From: Geotalea daltonii FRC-32
GTDB taxonomy: Bacteria > Desulfobacterota > Desulfuromonadia > Geobacterales > Geobacteraceae
Direction: 5' to 3'
Length of the DNA: 32,000 nt
Assembly: GCF_000022265.1 (NCBI RefSeq)
Contig: NC_011979.1
Coordinates: 780,001-812,000 of the forward strand
The notes beneath the pieces are model-generated. The model saw only the letters and a program-made list of their open reading frames with translations, was not told the origin of the DNA and searched no databases. Below, piece after piece: positions 1 to 7,090 of the stretch. How positions within the stretch are numbered: the stretch's first letter is position 1; each line of letters opens with the position of its first letter. Both the position numbers and the translations under genes were made by a program.

Positions 1-412
1 GGAAGATATTATATTCCAAGGCGTCCAGATGTTCTTTTGCAACCTTTTTCGCGGCTTTGTCGTTCTTTCCGATTTCCTGAAACTGCGGCAAGGGCCATAC
101 TTCGATATAGCACACTTCAAATGGGTCGAGAACGTTCATCGCTACTGCGTCAGTTCGCTGGTTGGTTAGATGGCGGCGGATGCGCGTTCTAAGCTGTTCG
201 TTGGTTTGCCCGACATAAATCGGTTCCCCATCATAGTCATAGAAGGCATACACGCCCCATATATAATTTCCTAGCTTGGCCGGAGTTTCACCAGAGACGT
301 CAACCACTTTATCGAGAAAACTGGTAAGCGCTTCGCGAAGATGTTTAGTCTCAAAAGGTAATTCAGCTATATCTAAGGTAGGTGGTCTGAAATCATGTTG
401 TTCTTCTGGCAT
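1..412 (-). CDS. GIY-YIG domain nuclease, N-terminal 137 aa (C-terminus cut by window edge); candidate restriction or mismatch endonuclease
   Basis: My own translation of the reverse strand gives MPEEQHDFRPPTLDIAELPFETKHLREALTSFLDKVVDVSGETPAKLGNYIWGVYAFYDYDGEPIYVGQTNEQLRTRIRRHLTNQ...EHLDALEYNIF. GVYAFY...IYVGQT...RTRIRRH...E..N matches the GIY / YVG / Arg / Glu pattern of GIY-YIG nucleases. The ATG at 410-412 overlaps the methyltransferase stop at 412-414 (ATGA). It is absent from the ORF track only because it is open at the window edge. Confidence 0.75.
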   Translation of the reverse strand, partial: MPEEQHDFRPPTLDIAELPFETKHLREALTSFLDKVVDVSGETPAKLGNYIWGVYAFYDYDGEPIYVGQTNEQLRTRIRRHLTNQRTDAVAMNVLDPFEVCYIEVWPLPQFQEIGKNDKAAKKVAKEHLDALEYNIF

Positions 413-1557
413 CAGGCAGCGCACCTCATAGCGGATTTATTTGCATTCAAAACTTGCTCAATGATGTTTTTTGCGATATGGCGCACCACTGGAACCGCTA
501 CACCGTCTCCGGCAAGGTGATACGCATCGTTATATTTCTCAGGCAAATGGTAACTTTCTGGCAAACCCATCAACCTGGCTGCCTCTCTGGGTGAGAGCAA
601 GCGTGTCTTGACTTTATTGCCTTCGACCAAGATGATGATTTGCCGACTCGAACCGCCTGAAGGAGTTCTCAGGCATCCCGCGATATCATCGAAACGTACT
701 TCTGCGCGCTGCCGTTTTATGCCTTCCTTGTCCTTTCGAGTGCGTTTATAGATGGTGCCGACAACGCGCTTTCCAGCTTTCTTCGCTTGGCTGAGCTTTT
801 CAAGATTGATTGGCGACATCATACCGATTATGCGATTCGTTTCAAAAGGTGTGTGCCATTCAACGCCTTTCGGCTCATTCTCTACCATGTCCGAAAATGT
901 CGTCGTGCGCGGTTTGGGAACAGGCAGATTCCACCATAACCATGATGCCCTGGCAGTCTCGGAAAGTAAATCGTAAGAAAGCCCGAGTGCGTCTGGATGC
1001 CAGCGTGGATCAGGAGCCCCAACAAGACGTTTTGGTACTTCTAACGTATTATGTATTGCAATTATGAATAGGCGAGGACGGCTATGCGGAAGAAAAAGAA
1101 CCGCGTCTATCACCATGGGACCACACCTATACCCGGCTTTAACCAGTTCTTCAATGATAATGGATAAGTCTTTTCCGTCGTGGCTCGTTACGGTACCGTA
1201 GACGTTTTCAAGGATAATTGTTTTCGGTGCGCGGCCTTCTTTCCGCAGCTTAGTTATCACATTCCAAAACGGCCAAAACGCTCCTGAACGTTCCCCGGCA
1301 ATACCTGCACCGTTACCGGCAAGTGACAAGTCTTGGCAAGGGAATGACGCCCAAGTTAAATCAGCCGTGCCTAGAAGCTGGGAGGTTTGGATTTTTGCGA
1401 CGTCTTCCACGACAAAATGATCATTTCCACGAAAATAAGTGCGGTAAGAAATAGCTTTTTTCGGGTCAAAGTCGTTGGCAAAAACGCACTCCCACCCCTT
1501 TCCAAGCCCAATTCTTGCCATTCCTCCGCCTGCAAAAAATTCATAAAAGGTTTTCAT
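412..1557 (-). CDS. DNA (cytosine-5)-methyltransferase
   Basis: 381 aa. Motif I FFAGGGM, motif IV SFPCQDLS, motif VI ENVYG, motif VIII HSRPRLFIIA, motif IX RLLSPREAARLMGLP, motif X-like GDGVAVPVV. RBS AGGGGTGG lies upstream of the ATG. Confidence 0.95.
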   Translation of the reverse strand: MKTFYEFFAGGGMARIGLGKGWECVFANDFDPKKAISYRTYFRGNDHFVVEDVAKIQTSQLLGTADLTWASFPCQDLSLAGNGAGIAGERSGAFWPFWNVITKLRKEGRAPKTIILENVYGTVTSHDGKDLSIIIEELVKAGYRCGPMVIDAVLFLPHSRPRLFIIAIHNTLEVPKRLVGAPDPRWHPDALGLSYDLLSETARASWLWWNLPVPKPRTTTFSDMVENEPKGVEWHTPFETNRIIGMMSPINLEKLSQAKKAGKRVVGTIYKRTRKDKEGIKRQRAEVRFDDIAGCLRTPSGGSSRQIIILVEGNKVKTRLLSPREAARLMGLPESYHLPEKYNDAYHLAGDGVAVPVVRHIAKNIIEQVLNANKSAMRCAA

Positions 1558-1627
1558 ACACGGCCACCCCTTTTAAAGCGAATAATATACCAAAAAACCA
1601 AATGAAATGGTATCCAATTTAGTTGTG

Positions 1628-2449
1628 TTATAATTCCAGCCCTAGTTTTTCGGCCTCTTTATTCGGCAACCATTTCATAAACTTGCCACATTCTGTGCAA
1701 ACTACCTTGTAGCGTTTGATTTTTTCAAAGTTGGGAACGTAATTTATAGTTTGATGTTTGCATTCGATTTTTGGCGGGGGTACATATACAGCATCAATGA
1801 GAAAATCTGTAAGCGACACTCGCTGCTCTAATCTTCTCATAGAAATGAATCTATTTGTGCAATCTCCTCCGCCACGAGCCCATTTTTCTTGGAAATAAGG
1901 CAATAAAACAGTTCCAGACGGGAGAAGATACCCGGCATATACACAACCCGGAAAATCTTTTTTCACAAACAGGCGCTTTTCGATTTCTTTCAGAGAGTAT
2001 ACGAACGACTTCGTTTCTTTGCGGAAATTGTCGCCAACTAGCAGATAAATAACCACCATTCCCTTTCTAGCATATTCATATATCTTGTCTTCAAAATAGG
2101 AAATATTGTAATTGGATGCCTGAATCTCGATAGCGGCGGTTATCCAAGTTCCTTCCCAATACACATCTGCCCGTAACGAATCTATGGGATGTTCAAGTTC
2201 GACGATCCCGTGGTTTTTCATCGCCTGTATCGTTTGGTATACAAGCTGTTTCCCCCATACATGGTCTTCGGTTTCTGGTTCCGATTCGCAATCACACTTA
2301 GTAAGGTGTCGGAAGTGCTTAATTTTTAAGGTACAGTCCATAAAAGAAAGACGGCCACCACAACCCTTGCAGGTATATAATGGCTTTCTTTCCGTAACTT
2401 CCCACGCGAACACTTTTGTTCCATCTTCATCAAGGGCTACAAGTGGCAT
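1628..2449 (-). CDS. CoiA-like (PD-(D/E)xK type) nuclease family protein with N-terminal Cys/His zinc ribbon
   Basis: YTCKGCGGRLSF...KIKHFRHL, then ETEDHVWGKQLV...VELEHPI..LRADVYW....AAIEIQASNYN...ARKGMVVIYLL matches the CoiA pattern: zinc ribbon-HFxH, E..H..K, hElE, RADV, AIEIQxS. I moved the start to the internal ATG at 2449, which is preceded by AGGAGG with a 7-nt spacer; the track start at 2506 has no RBS. Confidence 0.7.
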   Translation of the reverse strand: MPLVALDEDGTKVFAWEVTERKPLYTCKGCGGRLSFMDCTLKIKHFRHLTKCDCESEPETEDHVWGKQLVYQTIQAMKNHGIVELEHPIDSLRADVYWEGTWITAAIEIQASNYNISYFEDKIYEYARKGMVVIYLLVGDNFRKETKSFVYSLKEIEKRLFVKKDFPGCVYAGYLLPSGTVLLPYFQEKWARGGGDCTNRFISMRRLEQRVSLTDFLIDAVYVPPPKIECKHQTINYVPNFEKIKRYKVVCTECGKFMKWLPNKEAEKLGLEL

Positions 2450-2494
2450 GCAAGAACCTCCTGTTTTCCCAATAATATACACTGGCAATACGAC

Positions 2495-2523
2495 ATAATA
2501 CGTCATTTACTTTATTTTGCCAA
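2495..2523 (-). promoter_or_regulatory. Sigma70-like promoter for the CoiA-like / methyltransferase / GIY-YIG genes
   Basis: On the minus strand: TTGGCA (2518-2523), 17-nt spacer, TATTAT (2495-2500). It sits about 45 nt upstream of the 2449 start. Confidence 0.4.
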
Positions 2524-2602
2524 TTTCGGCGTAACTGCTTGCCCTACATCTCCAGCGAGATAAATGTTGTAACCACCCGGTTTATTGAATTAATTATTAC
2601 GC

Positions 2603-3214
2603 TTACCGCTTTATATTCCGTGACATCATAAAATTATATACCGTTCCGCGTGACACGGTGAAAATCTTGGATATTGAGGCTAACGAAACTTTTTTGTGAA
2701 GCAGTTCACTTATCTGGCTCTCCATCCCGTCGAGTTTACTTGCGCTTGTCCGCCCTTTTGGCCTTCCAATCTTAACCCCTGCCGCTTTTTTGGCCTCTAA
2801 TGCCCTCCTTGTCCGTTCCGAGATCAAGTCCCGTTCCAGTTCAGCAAAGAGAGAAAACATCGTCAACATCACTTTAGACTGCATATCTTCGTTTCCATTG
2901 GTTACTATATTCTGCTTAATAGCAACAAACCGCACGCTTTTGTCATGTAACCATTTAATAATATTCAATACCTCTACTGTACTCCTGCCGATTCGAGATA
3001 GTTCGGACACGATAACGGTGTCGCCAGCCCCCAATCGCCCCATCAGAAGGTCAATCAACCTTTCTCTTGTTCCTTTCCGACTGGAAACTTCCGCCTCGAT
3101 AAAATCATCAACCTGCCATCCGTTCCGCTGGGCGTAATTCAGTATCTCATACCGTTGATTTTGAAGATCCTGTTGGCTGGTACTGACTCTCAAATATGCG
3201 ATTGTTCGGCTCAT
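2603..3214 (-). CDS. Small serine recombinase (resolvase/invertase family) with C-terminal HTH
   Basis: 203 aa. AYLRVSTSQQD catalytic-serine motif, VSELSRIGRS, C-terminal SKIFTVSRGTVYNF helix-turn-helix. The start ATG at 3212-3214 overlaps the stop of the upstream gene (ATGA). Confidence 0.93.
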   Translation of the reverse strand: MSRTIAYLRVSTSQQDLQNQRYEILNYAQRNGWQVDDFIEAEVSSRKGTRERLIDLLMGRLGAGDTVIVSELSRIGRSTVEVLNIIKWLHDKSVRFVAIKQNIVTNGNEDMQSKVMLTMFSLFAELERDLISERTRRALEAKKAAGVKIGRPKGRTSASKLDGMESQISELLHKKVSLASISKIFTVSRGTVYNFMMSRNIKR

Positions 3215-3609
3215 TCATTACCTCCTGCCAGCAGTGTTGTTGTTTTTATGCCTTTATCTACTGATATAATTGAAATATTTTTCAATCCCTTCGCCTTCGC
3301 ACATTCGATCATGTGTAGAGTACCTGGAGACTTGCCATCCCAAACGGCAATGAGTGCGTCAGCAATTTCAGCCATTTGTTCATTTCGTAATATCCCCGCG
3401 CCTTTGCCGTACCGTTTCCAATCCGCCGCAACCCGAATATTATCAATACCGTTCTCAGTAGCGTAGCGAGACGCTAGGCAATCAATACCCCTTGCCATTC
3501 CATCAACGATGGCGGTTATATTCAGCCCACGGTTCCGCGCCTCATCAAGCGCAGTACGGATAAGCTCATAATCAGTTATTCCTCTGCTACCAGCAACGAT
3601 GACCTTCAT
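3211..3609 (-). CDS. DUF2493-type SLOG-fold protein (Smf/DprA-LOG superfamily)
   Basis: MKVIVAGSRGITDYELI....IVDGMARGIDCLASRYA....ADWKRYGKGAGILRNEQMAEIADALIAVWDGKSPGT.HMI resembles the DUF2493/SLOG signature: a Rossmann-like GSR start, a G.A.G.D loop, and an RN..M tail. The start is set at the ATG at 3609, preceded by GGAGG with a 9-nt spacer. Confidence 0.72.
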   Translation of the reverse strand: MKVIVAGSRGITDYELIRTALDEARNRGLNITAIVDGMARGIDCLASRYATENGIDNIRVAADWKRYGKGAGILRNEQMAEIADALIAVWDGKSPGTLHMIECAKAKGLKNISIISVDKGIKTTTLLAGGNE

Positions 3610-3795
3610 GCTGTCCTGCCTCCAATTTACCGCCGAAAAATCCGTCACAATTCGTAAGTGTCTAGGAATACTATCAAATTGTAATTTTAATGGTCAGCAG
3701 ATGTCAATGGTTTCACCTGTTTTATTGGAGCATGCCAACCATTGAAACTGTTGGTTTTCTTGGTTAATAATTTTGGCTCAATTGGTGTTTTTTTG

Positions 3796-3823
3796 TTGAC
3801 ATGGATTATTTTTAGTGTATTGT
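3796..3823 (+). promoter_or_regulatory. Sigma70-like promoter for the plus-strand island operon (3955-5893)
   Basis: TTGACA (3796-3801), 16-nt spacer, TATTGT (3818-3823). Confidence 0.35.
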
Positions 3824-3835
3824 GCTGCCCCCTGA

Positions 3836-3885
3836 AATTGGAGGGCCAAACAACAGTGTCTTGTTGTGGCCAATATAACCCCATA
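3836..3885. repeat. Site X: imperfect-palindromic recombination-site-like sequence (attL-like)
   Basis: The right arm TGGCCAATATAACCCCA (3867-3883) is 16/17 identical to, and in the same orientation as, 9029-9045. TTGTGGCCAATATA (3864-3877) equals the reverse complement of 9004-9017. The left arm ATTGGAGGGCCAAACAAC is a degenerate copy of the partner arm. Confidence 0.65.
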
Positions 3886-3954
3886 ATTTTAATGCTGACG
3901 GCGCCGTCACACACATGCAGTGCAACGCTGTAACCCACTAAAAGGAGAAGAAAA

Positions 3955-4371
3955 ATGATAACTCAACATTTGCAATCAGGCACTATCAACCCATTACCAC
4001 CTGAAATAATTGGGACGGCGGACCTCTGGCCGCAAGCTGCACAGGAGCAACTTGCCAAGTTTATTCTGGAAGTATGCAAGCTACAGCCGCGCCTTGCGCG
4101 GACTGCACCGCTCCGAACAAGTAAAAAGAAGGCTCATAACAATAATATTCCATCGCTGAAGGAGACATACCCAATGAAAAAACGCACTAAAAGCAGAATC
4201 GCATCTTACCCGCTGCCACCTGAATTGCTCGGCTCAGTGGACCCGTGGCCAGCAGCAATTCAGGAACAGCTTGTTTCGTTTGTCCTTGTAAAAAGGAAAA
4301 GGACATACCGTTACGAGCCGAATAACCTTTTTGACGCCTTTCTAATGTCAGGGCTTACCGTCGGCAATTGA
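3955..4371 (+). CDS. Hypothetical protein with an internal tandem duplication (two ~30-aa repeats)
   Basis: Strong RBS AAGGAGAAG lies before the ATG. The repeats are PLPPEIIGTADLWPQAAQEQLAKFILEV and PLPPELLGSVDPWPAAIQEQLVSFVLVK. No family recognised. Confidence 0.6.
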   Translation: MITQHLQSGTINPLPPEIIGTADLWPQAAQEQLAKFILEVCKLQPRLARTAPLRTSKKKAHNNNIPSLKETYPMKKRTKSRIASYPLPPELLGSVDPWPAAIQEQLVSFVLVKRKRTYRYEPNNLFDAFLMSGLTVGN

Positions 4372-4374
4372 GCT

Positions 4375-4410
4375 TGACCGGCAGGACGGTTCATACCGTC
4401 CTGCCGGTCA
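4375..4410. other. Perfect 15-bp GC-rich stem / 6-nt loop hairpin
   Basis: TGACCGGCAGGACGG-TTCATA-CCGTCCTGCCGGTCA lies directly after the stop at 4371. No T-tract follows, so it is not a canonical intrinsic terminator. Confidence 0.7.
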
Positions 4411-4470
4411 GATGAAATGCGAGTTAGAAACGCACAAACAAATTATCAGCAAATTAAAAGGAGAAAGACA

Positions 4471-5007
4471 ATGGCAACAAACAAAAGTGAAATATCCACG
4501 ACACCAACACGAGTAGAAGTAAGGAAAACCGCAGAAGCACAGACACTTATAGGTTTGAAGGAACGTTGGGATGCTGGTGACAACGACTTGTACTATTCCG
4601 CTGAAATCAACGAATATCTGTTTGTCACTGACGAAAACATAATCAGCGTCTGGAAAGAGGCTAAGGGATCTCATGGACGTACATACGAGTATGTAAGCAC
4701 ATATTACTGGCGTGAAATTGAATCCTTGTCTGTTGCCAACCTACCAGCATTTAATAAGGATTCAGACCAACGGTATTTTGCTGAGTTCTATCACTACAAA
4801 ATAGACATGCTTTTCAAGCTGCTTGCTGGGGCCAGTAATTATGCATATTCGTATGATTGCAAGCCAAAACATATTTGGCGGATGAATGACATGTTGAGGG
4901 GAAAGGATTTTAAGGGAGCAGCAGAAGCTATCATCTCGGATTTTATTAGAGAATTCAATTACAATGATGGTGGAGACCCTGCGGTGATGGACGAGCTATG
5001 GATATAA
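4471..5007 (+). CDS. Hypothetical protein (178 aa), no recognisable family
   Basis: The ORF has RBS AAAGGAGAAAG 7 nt before the ATG at 4471. The track start at 4417 lacks an RBS. It runs in the same direction as its neighbours. Confidence 0.55.
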   Translation: MATNKSEISTTPTRVEVRKTAEAQTLIGLKERWDAGDNDLYYSAEINEYLFVTDENIISVWKEAKGSHGRTYEYVSTYYWREIESLSVANLPAFNKDSDQRYFAEFYHYKIDMLFKLLAGASNYAYSYDCKPKHIWRMNDMLRGKDFKGAAEAIISDFIREFNYNDGGDPAVMDELWI

Positions 5008-5027
5008 TGTCGTGCCAGTAACTCATG

Positions 5028-5079
5028 GCAGCTCAAAATGGGTTTTTGATGGCCTCGAACAATTTTGAGCTGCTTTTGG
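5028..5079 (+). terminator. 12-bp stem hairpin with large loop followed by TTTT; terminator or Rep-recognised origin hairpin
   Basis: GCAGCTCAAAAT (5028-5039) pairs with ATTTTGAGCTGC (5062-5073), followed by TTTTGG. It lies between the hypothetical gene and the HUH gene. Confidence 0.45.
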
Positions 5080-5208
5080 AATCAATTTTATAAATAGTAA
5101 CGAACCACAGTTCCATCAGCAATGCCTATGGGATTTCCAGAGCTGAATTTAAGCCCGTTGTTTGCCTTGATGGCAGAATATTATCTAATTCAATACGAAG
5201 GTAACTAT

Positions 5209-5715
5209 ATGATATTACAACACAACCCATCGCATAGAACCATATATGCCGACTTTATTAAACTCAACGGTCCCTTTGCGTACTTCATAACTCTGACATT
5301 TCAGAGACTCCAAACTATTGAAACATGCACTCAACAGATTAATTACCTGATTTACCTTCTGAATAATAAAATCTGTGGCAGAAACAATAATGCTGAATTT
5401 CTTCAAGGCTTCTGCTTTTTTGAAAAGCATAAGACATCAGCGAATAATCCTTTACACAGTCACATTATCATTAAAGATGACAGTAAACTTGATCTGGAGT
5501 CAAAGGCATCTTTTGCTGACCACTTCTGGACCATGATAAATAAAGTCCGGGCAGTAAAAAGCAATTGTGTTACCGATAAGAAAGCCTTTAACCCGAAATG
5601 CTGCGATATTAGACGCGCACATGATCAAGACGGCCTCATAAAGTACGTGACAAAGATATTTGAGAAACCTATTGATTACAACTACTTCAGGCCAATTGGA
5701 AAAAATGGGATATGA
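5209..5715 (+). CDS. HUH-superfamily endonuclease, rolling-circle Rep-like (pC194/pUB110-type motif set)
   Basis: Motif I FITLTF, motif II (HUH) HSHIIIK, motif III LIKYVTK, in the canonical order and spacing. The start is set at the ATG at 5209 (GAAGG 7 nt upstream); the alternative at 5122 has no RBS. Confidence 0.62.
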   Translation: MILQHNPSHRTIYADFIKLNGPFAYFITLTFQRLQTIETCTQQINYLIYLLNNKICGRNNNAEFLQGFCFFEKHKTSANNPLHSHIIIKDDSKLDLESKASFADHFWTMINKVRAVKSNCVTDKKAFNPKCCDIRRAHDQDGLIKYVTKIFEKPIDYNYFRPIGKNGI

Positions 5716-5725
5716 GAGGCATGAG

Positions 5726-5893
5726 ATGATTAAATCTATCTACGTTTCAAAAAAGACTGGCCGACGACAGTACCGCATCTGCCTTTACCTACCGGAAGAA
5801 CTGATCAGAAAGCTCGACCGCTGGACAGTTCAGCACCGATTTGCAGGGACAACTGGTCAGTCCATTACTACAATGCTGAATATGCTGCTGTGA
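5726..5893 (+). CDS. Ribbon-helix-helix (CopG/Arc-like) small DNA-binding protein
   Basis: 55 aa: MIKSIYVSKKTGRRQYRICLYLPEELIRKLDRWTVQHRFAGTTGQSITTMLNMLL. A beta-strand (RICLYLPEEL) followed by two helices fits the RHH layout. RBS GAGG lies 7 nt upstream, directly after the Rep-like stop. Confidence 0.5.
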   Translation: MIKSIYVSKKTGRRQYRICLYLPEELIRKLDRWTVQHRFAGTTGQSITTMLNMLL

Positions 5894-5897
5894 GTCG

Positions 5898-5907
5898 ATC
5901 TTGATAC
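5898..5907 (+). promoter_or_regulatory. Candidate double-strand-origin nick site ATCTTGATAC
   Basis: It contains the CTTGATA core of the pC194/pUB110-family (and phiX174-like) nick sequence. It lies in the intergenic gap right after the Rep-like/RHH pair. I found no other copy of this motif by eye in the island. A short motif like this can occur by chance. Confidence 0.35.
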
Positions 5908-5966
5908 CAAATGATTTTATCTCGGTTTTGAAGATGCAAAGACGATGCATGGCATGCTGGCTTCAC

Positions 5967-6287
5967 TTATTTGACGAAAGCTTTCACGATTCGATGAAGA
6001 ATTTTCAACTGATCGTCGGTCACGGTTTCCAGCACGCTGTCAATCTGGTCAATGCTGGCTGGTCGCGCCTCGTGATGCGAAAACTCGAATAAATCCTTTA
6101 TTTCCACGTCCAGAGCCTGCGATATATTTTCCAGTGCTTCCAGTGACGGCGAACTCCTGCCAACCTCAATAAAACTCACATATTTCGGATCTACACCGAT
6201 CTTCTCCGCAAGCTTCTCTTGAGTCACCTTCCTGAGCTTGCGGAGTTCTTTTATCCGCGCTCCAAGCAATTCCTTTGTCGTTTTCAT
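5967..6287 (-). CDS. XRE-family helix-turn-helix transcriptional regulator
   Basis: LGARIKELRKLRKVTQEKLAEKIGVDPKYVSFIEVGRSSPSLEALENISQAL is a classic Cro/C1 HTH. The start is at 6287, preceded by GGGGGAG. Confidence 0.9.
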   Translation of the reverse strand: MKTTKELLGARIKELRKLRKVTQEKLAEKIGVDPKYVSFIEVGRSSPSLEALENISQALDVEIKDLFEFSHHEARPASIDQIDSVLETVTDDQLKILHRIVKAFVK

Positions 6288-6340
6288 GGCTCCCCCAGTT
6301 CCGGTGATGATCGGACTTATCAGAGCCAAAAAGAACTAAC

Positions 6341-6434
6341 CTAGTATTAGCATATAATTGACATTACTAATTATTTGTTATAGTCATCTAACAGCAAATT
6401 AGTCATTTCCGTCTTTGTCAAACATTCAATTAGT
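6341..6434. promoter_or_regulatory. Divergent promoter/operator region between the XRE gene and the lipoprotein gene
   Basis: TTGACA (6358-6363), 15-nt spacer, TATAGT (6379-6384) on the plus strand. ACTAAT (6366-6371) and its complement ATTAGT (6398-6403, 6429-6434) recur in related contexts: ACTAATTATTTG and AATTAGTTATTTG. Confidence 0.4.
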
Positions 6435-6488
6435 TATTTGAGTACATCCGGTTATACCGGACACATCACCCCATCGGAGGTATCTACA

Positions 6489-6929
6489 ATGCAGCAGAAT
6501 GTCGAGAGCGGCCGTTGTTCATCCAACCTACTGAAAATCCTGTTCATTGCTATGTCGATCACTGCCTTGCTCATCACCGGTTGTTCTGCTGCACCGCCGG
6601 ACAAAATGATGCAGGAATACGTTACGATCCAGTCCAATGACGGGAAAGTTCTTTACAAGTCAAACGGGTCGCTCAAGGATGTGATGGATAATTATTGGGC
6701 TCCGCTGGCAAAATCAAAGATCAAGACCAGCAAATCGGGTGGGGCATACGTGTTTAGCTTCAAATCTAAGAACTACGATAAAGTTGAGTTCACGATTGCC
6801 GAGAATGGCAGCTTGAAGAAGGTTTTGATGAAAGGTGGGTCGGATTCAATCGAAATCGCTGATGATAAACCGGATGCGATGCACAATATTGCAATGGGAA
6901 TGTTCCAGTTTGACGCCGTAAATCAATAA
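6489..6929 (+). CDS. Lipoprotein, unknown function
   Basis: Signal peptide with lipobox LLITGC. RBS GGAGG lies 9 nt before the ATG at 6489. Confidence 0.7.
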   Translation: MQQNVESGRCSSNLLKILFIAMSITALLITGCSAAPPDKMMQEYVTIQSNDGKVLYKSNGSLKDVMDNYWAPLAKSKIKTSKSGGAYVFSFKSKNYDKVEFTIAENGSLKKVLMKGGSDSIEIADDKPDAMHNIAMGMFQFDAVNQ

Positions 6930-6961
6930 CCTACTGAATTATATGTACTGTTTCAAAATGG

Positions 6962-6990
6962 TGGGCTGGCGGCAGTATGCCGCCAGCCCA
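6962..6990. terminator. Bidirectional intrinsic terminator between convergent genes
   Basis: TGGGCTGGCGGC-AGTAT-GCCGCCAGCCCA forms a 12-bp GC-rich stem with T-rich flanks on both strands. Confidence 0.7.
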
Positions 6991-7090
6991 TTAGTATTTC
7001 CTCGTTGTATGGCTGTTTCCTCAACCAAATTCTGGATCTTGTCGCAGGATCATCCCTTTTGAACCGTGTAACTGCCTTTAACTGCGTATG

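Noticed and set aside
3687-3938. 83-aa minus-strand ORF and 63-aa plus-strand ORF in the SLOG / repeat-protein intergenic region
   Set aside because: There is no RBS and the composition is implausible. They overlap the promoter-like element and recombination site X, so I interpret the region as regulatory/att DNA.
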